The notes below the pieces were generated by a model. The model was given only the letters and a program-made list of their open reading frames with translations, did no database searches and was not told the DNA's origin. From assembly GCA_024697845.1 (NCBI GenBank), contig JAILRZ010000049.1, positions 11,404 to 75,403 on the forward strand: a stretch of 64,000 nucleotides of DNA, given 5' to 3'. Numbering within the stretch: the first letter of the stretch is position 1; each line of letters begins with the position of its first letter. The position numbers and the translations under genes were made by a program. Shown here piece by piece: positions 49,802-58,362 of this stretch. This stretch comes from Eubacterium sp. GTDB lineage: Bacteria > Bacillota > Clostridia > Lachnospirales > Lachnospiraceae.

Positions 49802-50566
49802 TTACCCCCATTGATGGGTATACATCAGAATCGATGTTGCCACGGCAGCATTTAAGGATTCCACCTTTCCTGCCATAGGAATTTTTATTTTTCGATCCGC
49901 TTTTGACGAAAGTTCATCACTAAGCCCTCGGGCTTCATTTCCAATGAGAAATGCACAATCTTTTGCAAGCGTTCCATTACTGTATAATTCCCCTTTCAAA
50001 TGAGCTGCATATGTGATAAAACCTTGTTCTTTTAATTGTTCCATAGCCTCATCTAAATCCACAATTGCAAAAGGCACCCGAAAAATCGACCCCATTGTGG
50101 AACGAATCACTTTTGGGCTGTAGATATCCACACAATCCGGACTCATAATTAAGCCACATATTCCTGCTCCTTCTCCGGTACGAAGAATCGTTCCCAGATT
50201 TCCCGGATCCTGTAGTCTTTCCAAAACCACAATACAATTCTTATCAGGATTTCGATTGTCCAGAACATCTTCCACGCTATTCTTTCTCATACGAACCACT
50301 GACAGAACTCCTTGAGGCGTAACTGTGTCGGAAATTTTCTTAAACACCTGATTACTAACCACCTGATATTCAATCCCTTTCAGCAGTTCTCCATGCTCCT
50401 GTTTGAACTGCTCGGATACATAAGTTGACACAAGGTCTTCCTCAGGAATTTCCTGAAACATCTTAATTCCTTCCACGACAAAAGTTCCAGTCTTTTTGCG
50501 CACCTTCGCCTTTTCCTTTAATTGTATAATATTTTTTATTTGTTCATTCGTTGCTGAAGTTATCAT
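49802..50566 (-). CDS. TrmH/SpoU-family RNA 2'-O-methyltransferase
   Basis: QDPGNLGTILRT, GNEARG and ESLNAAVA motifs. Confidence 0.92.
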   Translation of the reverse strand: MITSATNEQIKNIIQLKEKAKVRKKTGTFVVEGIKMFQEIPEEDLVSTYVSEQFKQEHGELLKGIEYQVVSNQVFKKISDTVTPQGVLSVVRMRKNSVEDVLDNRNPDKNCIVVLERLQDPGNLGTILRTGEGAGICGLIMSPDCVDIYSPKVIRSTMGSIFRVPFAIVDLDEAMEQLKEQGFITYAAHLKGELYSNGTLAKDCAFLIGNEARGLSDELSSKADRKIKIPMAGKVESLNAAVATSILMYTHQWG

Positions 50567-50584
50567 TTTTTACTCCACTCTTTT

Positions 50585-53500
50585 TTAATCAATCACCTTT
50601 ACAAAATCCTCGCCATACTTTTCTCTTAATTTTGACAGAAGGCCTTCTGTGATTTCCACCCGATATTCTACAGGAAGCACTTTTTTCTGACGTTCTTTTG
50701 CCAAAGCAATACAGACTTTGTCATTTCCACGACTGGACATTAATGTACTGATCAGTTCCTGCTCCTGGTTTACATAAGTTTCTTTGTCAGGAAATGCAAT
50801 CCAAAGTTCCGACGGCATCATAGAAAATTCTGTGATGCTGTTGGCAATGACACGACCGGCAGCATTTTCTTCAAACTGCGCCTCTCCTGTGACGAAGAGT
50901 TTCTTTCCGTCTTCCATTAATGCACGATTTCGTTCAAACTGTCTTGGGAACACAATTACTTCTACCGTTCCCACCAAATCTTCCAAGGTAAGAAATGCCA
51001 TCTGTTGCCCGCTTTTGGTAAATTTCTTTGTGACCGCTGCCACAATTCCTCCAATGGTGACCTTACTCTTATCCGGGATTGCCGGTTCTTCGCCCTCTTC
51101 CACTTCCGCAAAATCAATGGCCATATTGGTGATATGTTTACGCCATTTCTTTTCCTGGGATTGCAACGGATGTCCGCTGGCATAAATTCCAAGAACCTCT
51201 TTTTCAAATTCCAGTTTCTGCTCAATCTCGTATTCCCCAACATTTGGCATCTGCACCTTATAGGTTTCTTTCGCCTCTGCTCCGGCAAAATCAAACAGTG
51301 AAATCTGTCCATCCATGGCATCCTTTCGCTCCTGATTGACTCCATCCATAATCTGGATATACACCATCATCATTTGTTTTCTGGTGGCACCGAACGAATC
51401 AAAAGCACCGGCTTTGATAAAGTTTTCAATTGCTCTTTTGTTCACACCACGACTGGCAGTTCTTGTAATAAAGTCTTCTAAGTCTTTGTACTTTCCGTGA
51501 GTTTCCCGTTCTTCCACAATCTGATCAATAATATTTTTTCCAACATTCTTGATTGCCGTCAATCCGTAACGGATATCATCTCCGTCAGCCGAGAATCCAC
51601 TGCTTCCCACATTGATATCCGGCGGAAGGATTTTGATTCCCATAGAACGGCAGGAATAAACATACTCGGAAACTTTTGTTGCCACATCCATCACCGAGGT
51701 CAGCATAGCCGCCATAAATTCCGTTGGATAATAGTATTTCAAATAAGCAGTCTGATATGCAACTACCGCATAAGCTGCTGCATGAGATTTGTTAAATGCA
51801 TACTTTGCAAAATCAATCATTTCATCAAAGATTTTATTTGCAACCTCTTCACTGATACCATTTTTAACACATCCGTTCACACCGGTTTCTTCATCTCCGT
51901 AAACGAAAATCTTTCGTTCCTTATTCATGACATCCTGTTTTTTTTTGGACATAGCACGACGAAGCAAGTCACTTCGTCCCAGGGAATATCCGGCCAAATC
52001 CCTTACAATCTGCATAACCTGTTCCTGGTACACAATACAACCGTAAGTCGGTTCCAGAATTGGAATCAGTTGCGGGCAATCATAGGTTACCGCATTAGGG
52101 TCCGCCTTTCCCTCAAGATATTTGGGGATGAAATCCATTGGTCCCGGACGATACAGGGAAATTCCCGCAATAATATCTTCCAAACTGTCAGGCTTTAAGT
52201 CCTTCATGAAGTTTTTCATTCCGCCACTTTCCAACTGGAAAATTCCTTCGGTATTTCCTGTTCCAATATATGCAAGGACTTTTTTGTCATCATAATCAAT
52301 TTTTTTCAGGTCCAATTCTACTCCACGATTTTTCTGAATAAACCGCTCCGCATCCTGAATGACCGTCAGATTTCGAAGGCCTAAAAAGTCCATCTTCAAC
52401 AAACCCAGTTCTTCCAGCGTCGTCATAATGTACTGAGTGGTAATGGAGCCGTCGGATGCTCTGGACAATGGCACATACTCATCCACCGGTTTGGCGCAAA
52501 TTACCACACCCGCAGCATGCATGGAAGCATGTCTTGGCAATCCTTCCAGTCTCTTAGACATATCAATGAGGTACTTTATCTGCGGGTCACTGTCATACAA
52601 TGCTTTCAGTTCCCGGCTCTGCTGCAGTGCCAGTTCCAATGTCATATGAAGGTCATTTGGAATCATTTTTGCAATACTGTCGCATTGGGCATAAGGCATA
52701 TCCAATACACGTCCCACATCACGAACCACTCCCTTTGCCTTCAATGTTCCAAAGGTTACAATCTGTGCCACGTGGTCTTTTCCGTATTTTCTTCCAACAT
52801 AGTCAATAACCTCCTGACGCCGTTTAATACAGAAGTCCACGTCGATATCGGGCATGGATACACGCTCCGGATTCAAGAAACGCTCAAAGAGCAGATTATA
52901 ACGCATCGGTTCAATATCCGTAATTTCCAAGCAATAAGATACCAAACTTCCTGCGGCAGAACCTCGTCCCGGTCCTACGGCAATTCCATTGGATTTCGCA
53001 TAATGAATAAAATCCCACACAATCAGGAAGTACTCAATATATCCCATATTTTTGATTGTGTTTAATTCATAATCCAATCGTTCCTGTAATTCCTCACCGC
53101 TTAACTTGCAATAAGGATCTTCTTCTCCCTGAAAAACCGGATATCGTTCATGAAGTCCATTTTCGCAAAGTTTCTTTAGATAAGTCCACGGGGTATACCC
53201 TTCCGGCACCGGAAAATTTGGAAGTTTTGTAACGCCAAACTCAAATTCCACATTACAACGCTGTGCAATTTTTTCCGTATTATCCAAAGCTTCCGGTGCA
53301 TATGGGAACAATCGTGCCATCTCTTCCGGAGACTTCAAATAGAATTGTCCTCCTTCATAGCGCATACGATCCTCGTCCGCTTTTTTCTTTCCTGTCTGAA
53401 TACACAACAAAATATCATGAGCTTCCACGTCATCGGCATAAGTATAATGCACGTCATTTGTACAAACCAGATCCACACCTATCTCCTTACTGAGACGCAT

Positions 53501-54070
53501 CAACTGCTGATTGACTGTTCTCTGCTCCGGAATTCCATGATCCTGCATTTCCAGGAAATAATTATCTTTTCCAAAGATTTCCAGATGACGCAGTGCTGCT
53601 GCTTTTCCATTTTCATAATCTTCCTTTGCGAGATAACGCTGTACCTCTCCGGCCAGACAGGCGCTCAGGCAAATCAATCCTTCATGAAATTCCTGCAACA
53701 CCTCATAGTCCACACGTGGCTTATAATAAAACCCTTCCACAAATCCTTTGGACACAATTCGGCAAAGATTTTCATAACCTTTATTATTTTCTGCCAATAA
53801 AATCAAATGATTATATCGGCTCTCATTTTCATTTTTTTCTTTGTCAAAACGGGATCCCGGTGCCACATAAACCTCACAGCCGATAATTGGCTTGATTCCT
53901 TCCGCCAAAGCGGCACGATAAAAATCAATGGCCCCATACATCACTCCATGGTCGGTAATCGCAAGACTATCCATCCCAAGGGCTTTTGCCTGTTTTGTTA
54001 TTTCTTTAATTTTACTGGAACCGTCCAACAGACTGTACTCTGTATGGACATGTAAATGGGTAAAACTCAT
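50585..54070 (-). CDS. dnaE: DNA polymerase III alpha subunit
   Basis: PHP domain (HLHVHTEYSLLDG), GRGSAAGS, PDIDVD and C-terminal OB fold. Confidence 0.98.
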   Translation of the reverse strand: MSFTHLHVHTEYSLLDGSSKIKEITKQAKALGMDSLAITDHGVMYGAIDFYRAALAEGIKPIIGCEVYVAPGSRFDKEKNENESRYNHLILLAENNKGYENLCRIVSKGFVEGFYYKPRVDYEVLQEFHEGLICLSACLAGEVQRYLAKEDYENGKAAALRHLEIFGKDNYFLEMQDHGIPEQRTVNQQLMRLSKEIGVDLVCTNDVHYTYADDVEAHDILLCIQTGKKKADEDRMRYEGGQFYLKSPEEMARLFPYAPEALDNTEKIAQRCNVEFEFGVTKLPNFPVPEGYTPWTYLKKLCENGLHERYPVFQGEEDPYCKLSGEELQERLDYELNTIKNMGYIEYFLIVWDFIHYAKSNGIAVGPGRGSAAGSLVSYCLEITDIEPMRYNLLFERFLNPERVSMPDIDVDFCIKRRQEVIDYVGRKYGKDHVAQIVTFGTLKAKGVVRDVGRVLDMPYAQCDSIAKMIPNDLHMTLELALQQSRELKALYDSDPQIKYLIDMSKRLEGLPRHASMHAAGVVICAKPVDEYVPLSRASDGSITTQYIMTTLEELGLLKMDFLGLRNLTVIQDAERFIQKNRGVELDLKKIDYDDKKVLAYIGTGNTEGIFQLESGGMKNFMKDLKPDSLEDIIAGISLYRPGPMDFIPKYLEGKADPNAVTYDCPQLIPILEPTYGCIVYQEQVMQIVRDLAGYSLGRSDLLRRAMSKKKQDVMNKERKIFVYGDEETGVNGCVKNGISEEVANKIFDEMIDFAKYAFNKSHAAAYAVVAYQTAYLKYYYPTEFMAAMLTSVMDVATKVSEYVYSCRSMGIKILPPDINVGSSGFSADGDDIRYGLTAIKNVGKNIIDQIVEERETHGKYKDLEDFITRTASRGVNKRAIENFIKAGAFDSFGATRKQMMMVYIQIMDGVNQERKDAMDGQISLFDFAGAEAKETYKVQMPNVGEYEIEQKLEFEKEVLGIYASGHPLQSQEKKWRKHITNMAIDFAEVEEGEEPAIPDKSKVTIGGIVAAVTKKFTKSGQQMAFLTLEDLVGTVEVIVFPRQFERNRALMEDGKKLFVTGEAQFEENAAGRVIANSITEFSMMPSELWIAFPDKETYVNQEQELISTLMSSRGNDKVCIALAKERQKKVLPVEYRVEITEGLLSKLREKYGEDFVKVID

Positions 54071-54088
54071 GAGTTACTCTCTTTCTAT

Positions 54089-54844
54089 TTATAAATCAAT
54101 GGTCAGTTCCACAGGACAATGATCAGACCCCATAACGTCGCTGTGAATATCTGCCCCCTGCAATTTTTCTTTTAATGCTTCCGATACAATAAAGTAGTCG
54201 ATACGCCATCCTGCGTTCTTTTCTCTTGCCTTAAACCGATAAGACCACCAACTGTATCTTCCTTCCACATCCGGATAAAAATATCGGAAGGTATCAATAA
54301 AACCATCCTCCAGCAAGGCTGTCATCTTCTCTCGTTCTTCATCGGTAAAGCCTGCATTCTTTCGGTTTGTCTTTGGATTCTTTAAATCAATTTCCTTGTG
54401 AGCTACATTTAAATCTCCACAAAGAATTACCGGCTTCTTTTCTTCCAGTGTCTTCAAGTATGCTTTAAAATCGTCTTCCCAATGCATCCGGTAATCCAAC
54501 CGCTTTAATTCATTTTGGGAATTTGGCGTATAACAGGTCACCATATAGAACTGCTCAAACTCCAGTGTAATCACACGCCCTTCCTTATCATGTTCTTCTA
54601 TTCCAATTCCATAGGAGACGGAAACCGGTTCCTGTTTTGTGAAAATTGCCGTGCCGGAATATCCTTTCTTTTCCGCATAGTTCCAGTACTGATAATACCC
54701 CGGCATTTCCAGTTCCAGCTGTCCCTCCTGCATCTTTGATTCCTGTATACAAAATATATCTGCATCGATGGTATTAAAATAATCCATAAAGCCTTTCGTG
54801 ACACAGGCACGGATTCCGTTTACGTTCCAAGAAATCAGTTTCAT
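54089..54844 (-). CDS. xth: Exodeoxyribonuclease III
   Basis: SWNVNG, CIQE, GDLNVAH, WRIDY and SDHCPV motifs. Confidence 0.96.
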   Translation of the reverse strand: MKLISWNVNGIRACVTKGFMDYFNTIDADIFCIQESKMQEGQLELEMPGYYQYWNYAEKKGYSGTAIFTKQEPVSVSYGIGIEEHDKEGRVITLEFEQFYMVTCYTPNSQNELKRLDYRMHWEDDFKAYLKTLEEKKPVILCGDLNVAHKEIDLKNPKTNRKNAGFTDEEREKMTALLEDGFIDTFRYFYPDVEGRYSWWSYRFKAREKNAGWRIDYFIVSEALKEKLQGADIHSDVMGSDHCPVELTIDL

Positions 54845-55012
54845 CTTTTGCCTCCTGCTAATGTTTTATCCTTCTAATAGACATACTCTAATATTATAAC
54901 CCAAAACCGACCTTTTTTCCTACTATTTTTTGTGCCGGTTTTGCAAAAAAAGAAGCCGTTGCATTTTTCTAAAATACAACAGCTTCTCACGAGGAAAATA
55001 ATATGTTAAGAA

Positions 55013-56926
55013 TTAAATTACTCTATGTCCAATATAATATTTAATTGCATATCCCATTGCCATAGAACTCTTATTGCAATAGATATTTAACTGGCTTCCA
55101 CATTCTTCAAATGCTGTTTTATGAATGTGATTAATAGACTTCGGTAAAACAACCTTCTTTAATTTTGTGCACTGATAAAACGCACTTCTTAAAATTCTGC
55201 TAACCCCTTCTTTAACGGTTACCGTTCGTAAGTTCTTACATTCCCAGAAACAAGCTTGAGGAATCTCGTACACCTTGGACGGAATTGTAATTTCAGTTAA
55301 ATTATTACAATACTCAAAGGCACAAGACTGAATGCTTGTAACGCTTTCCGGGATGACAATTCTGGCTGACTGTGAATAATGAACCGCCGCTGTTCCGATG
55401 GTTTCAATTCCACTTGGGATTACTAAAGTTCCCTGAATCTTCTGTGGTGCAGCGATTAATTTCTTTCCGTCTGCAGAACACAATAATTTATTAATTACCT
55501 TGAAATTATTGTTTTTCTTTGTGCTGAATCCTGTAATATTTTTACATCCGGTAAATGCTTCCTGGTCAATGGCTTTTACATTATTCGGCATTTCAAACGT
55601 TCCCTGTGTTCCACCAGGTACAATATATAATGTCATTCCGTCTTTGGATACCAAACAGTTAGCAACTGACCGATAATTCTTACTATTGCCATTCACCGAA
55701 ATAGCATTTAACTTCGGACAATCTACCAATGCATTGGTTTGGAAGATTGCTACGGATGCCGGAATTGAAATAGATTCTAATTTTTTATTTTCAGAAAATG
55801 CCCAATAATCAACATTTCTTACACCTTCCTGCAATATAATCTTTCTGCAACCTGCTCCTTTAAATGCCTGGTAATCAATCGTCTTCACATGGGATGGAAT
55901 AACCAAATTTGTTAAAGCACAATTTTCAAATGCATTTTCACCAACGGTCGTAATCTTAGCACCAAAGGTTACGGACTCCAAGGATGTACAATCGATAAAC
56001 GTTTTATAACGAACTCTTGTCATATTATCTGATAATGTAATATGTTTTAAATGAGTTGCTGAATCAAAAGCACGTTTTGCTACATCTTTTACAGAATTTG
56101 GAAGAACAACATTCACAATTCCGCTTTTAGAGAATGCGTACTTTCCAACGGTTTCAACACCATTTGGGATTACTACTTTTTGCAATTTTCCTGTTCCATA
56201 AAAAAGTTCCATTGGAATGCTCTTGATTTTCTTCGGCAAACGCACTGCTTCCAAATTATAACAATCAGAAAATGTTCCTTCTCCAATTTCCCGAATGGAA
56301 TCACTCAGCTTTATTGATTTTAAGCCACTCTCTGAAAATGCATATCGACCGATTTTAGTAAGTTTTCCGGTAGCTTTGAATTTCTTCAACGACTTACAGT
56401 TTGAAAATGCATTAATCGGTACTGTTTTAGCTCCCCATTCAACGGTTTCTAACTTTTTACAATTATCAAAAACACCATATTCAATCCGCTTAACTCTTTT
56501 TGGAATGACAACATCCTTCAACAGGCTTCTGGAAAATGCATATCTTCCAATCCCTTTCACATTTTTGGGAATGTCAATTTTTTTCAATCGGGTATTTTCA
56601 AAAGCATAGTCATTGATTACCTTCAAGGACTCCGGAAGTTTTACAGATTTCACCTTGATATAACTAAAAGTTCCTCTGCCGATTTCCGTAATTCCATCTT
56701 TAATAACTACTTTTTCAATTTTCAAACCATCCCACTCTCCGGAATATTTAATTTTCCCTGTACCGGAAATAGTCAGTTTCTTATTTTCTTTGTTGTACTC
56801 ATAAGTCGCATTCTTTCCGCACTTATAAGTTTTCTGATGCTGATCTGCCATAACATTTGTAGCCATTCCTAACATTAAAGATATCCCGGCAACTGTCACC
56901 ATAAAATTCTTTGTAAACTTCTTCAT
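55013..56926 (-). CDS. BspA-like leucine-rich repeat (LRR_5) surface protein
   Basis: Signal peptide and many xIPxxVxxIxxxAFxxCxxL repeats. Confidence 0.92.
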   Translation of the reverse strand: MKKFTKNFMVTVAGISLMLGMATNVMADQHQKTYKCGKNATYEYNKENKKLTISGTGKIKYSGEWDGLKIEKVVIKDGITEIGRGTFSYIKVKSVKLPESLKVINDYAFENTRLKKIDIPKNVKGIGRYAFSRSLLKDVVIPKRVKRIEYGVFDNCKKLETVEWGAKTVPINAFSNCKSLKKFKATGKLTKIGRYAFSESGLKSIKLSDSIREIGEGTFSDCYNLEAVRLPKKIKSIPMELFYGTGKLQKVVIPNGVETVGKYAFSKSGIVNVVLPNSVKDVAKRAFDSATHLKHITLSDNMTRVRYKTFIDCTSLESVTFGAKITTVGENAFENCALTNLVIPSHVKTIDYQAFKGAGCRKIILQEGVRNVDYWAFSENKKLESISIPASVAIFQTNALVDCPKLNAISVNGNSKNYRSVANCLVSKDGMTLYIVPGGTQGTFEMPNNVKAIDQEAFTGCKNITGFSTKKNNNFKVINKLLCSADGKKLIAAPQKIQGTLVIPSGIETIGTAAVHYSQSARIVIPESVTSIQSCAFEYCNNLTEITIPSKVYEIPQACFWECKNLRTVTVKEGVSRILRSAFYQCTKLKKVVLPKSINHIHKTAFEECGSQLNIYCNKSSMAMGYAIKYYIGHRVI

Positions 56927-56949
56927 TTTATACTCCTTTTCTTTTATAA

Positions 56950-57777
56950 TTAGTCCCAATCACTTACAGCCCATCCTGTACCATTTTCAAAATTGATACT
57001 GAAATCATTATGGCATCCAGTGCATCCTTCATATTTAATTTCTGTATCACCGAATACCAAATGTGCCTTCTTTGCATCAATTTCTGCAAACTTGACACTT
57101 TTTTCATTTTCTGTCACAACACCTTTTAAGTAAATTGTCTTTCCGGCTTTCACTTTAATTCCTTTTTCCGGAATATCCTTCCAGGTCTTCTGATCCAAAC
57201 TGTACTGAGTAAATGTAAACGGTGCTTCTTTCTTATTTTCTTTAATCACAGATTCCTCTGTCTTCTTAAAAATAGTATTTCCATTATATTTATGACTGGT
57301 TACTGAGAGTGTAATTTCCTTCTTTTCCACATCTGTTCCCAATAACTTTGCAGTGTACTTTCCATCATAATTTACAGCACTGATTTTCTCGATATTGCTA
57401 TACTTGGAATAAACCACTTTTTTCTTACTCTTATAGAAACATTTTACCTTGTACTGATATGTCTTTCCAGCCTTAACCTTTTTGTCAGTATAAAAATTTT
57501 TCTTTTTATTTACTGTAGCTGCTAACTTCCACTTCTTTGTTCCCTTTACTCTTTTGTAAATCTTATATCCTGTAAATTTCTTATTTGTACTGGACAATTC
57601 AAGATAAAGCTTCTTTGTGGAATTTTTGAATCCATTCTCACCATATCCTGCATCACTTACCAATGGAGCTTTCAAGCCTTTAGCCATTACAGCTTCGCTC
57701 ATTCCCTGACTTGCAACAATTGCTCCACTAAACATCATTACCGCACATAAACCTAATACAAATTTTCTAATTCTCAT
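56950..57777 (-). CDS. Secreted protein with a fibronectin-III-like domain
   Basis: Signal peptide; GYKIYKR...YTDKKVKAGKTYQYKVK motif; upstream of the LRR gene in the same orientation. Confidence 0.75.
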   Translation of the reverse strand: MRIRKFVLGLCAVMMFSGAIVASQGMSEAVMAKGLKAPLVSDAGYGENGFKNSTKKLYLELSSTNKKFTGYKIYKRVKGTKKWKLAATVNKKKNFYTDKKVKAGKTYQYKVKCFYKSKKKVVYSKYSNIEKISAVNYDGKYTAKLLGTDVEKKEITLSVTSHKYNGNTIFKKTEESVIKENKKEAPFTFTQYSLDQKTWKDIPEKGIKVKAGKTIYLKGVVTENEKSVKFAEIDAKKAHLVFGDTEIKYEGCTGCHNDFSINFENGTGWAVSDWD

Positions 57778-57912
57778 CTTTCAATTCTCCTTTTCATTTC
57801 GTTGATTATACTTATTAAACGTATGCTTTTTTATTTTTATTTCAAAATATAATTCAATTTTTCAAACATTTTATATTTTTGACTTTTTGGGAGGAGAAAT
57901 TCAATCTCCTAA

Positions 57913-58198
57913 ACCTTATAAATCACATTTTTTCAAATGTAAGGTAATCATTGCACACAACTTGATTTCAAATGTACCATATAAATCTCAATTTCTCATA
58001 TATAGGGTAATCATTGCGCACAACTTGATTTCAAATGTACCATATGAATCTCAATTTCTCATATATAGGGTAATCATTGCGCACAACTTGGTTTCAAATG
58101 TCCCATATGAATCTCAATTTCTCATATATAGGGTAATCATTGCATACAACTTATTTTTAAGTGTACCCTACAAATCGCATTTTCTCATATATAGGGTA
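57913..58198. repeat. 63-bp tandem repeat, about 4.5 copies
   Basis: Units start at 57913, 57976, 58039, 58102 and 58165; inner copies are nearly identical, outer copies diverge. Confidence 0.95.
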
Positions 58199-58294
58199 TT
58201 TCATCAATCACAGAAGCCGCTACACATGTTTTGAGATTGTATCATGAGCGTCAAACGAACGAAAGCAAGCTTTCTGCGTTTTCCTCGTCACGCG

Positions 58295-58330
58295 AACAAA
58301 AAGGAAGGAGTACACCGAAGTGTACTCCCC
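58295..58330 (-). terminator. Terminator of the GH64 gene
   Basis: GAGTACAC-TTCG-GTGTACTC hairpin (58308-58327) followed by CTTCCTTTTT on the minus strand. Confidence 0.8.
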
Positions 58331-58362
58331 CTGTGAGAAAAACATATGTTGAAAAAATCTTA

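Noticed and set aside
50585-54070. Intein or intron in dnaE
   Set aside because: Length is typical and no splicing motifs or large insertion were seen.
57913-58198. CRISPR array
   Set aside because: The period fits, but the putative spacers are near-identical and there are no cas genes or leader.
57887-58234. 115-aa ORF with a 21-aa repeat as a gene call
   Set aside because: TTG start without an upstream RBS; one open frame in a repeat can occur by chance. Kept only as a testable option.
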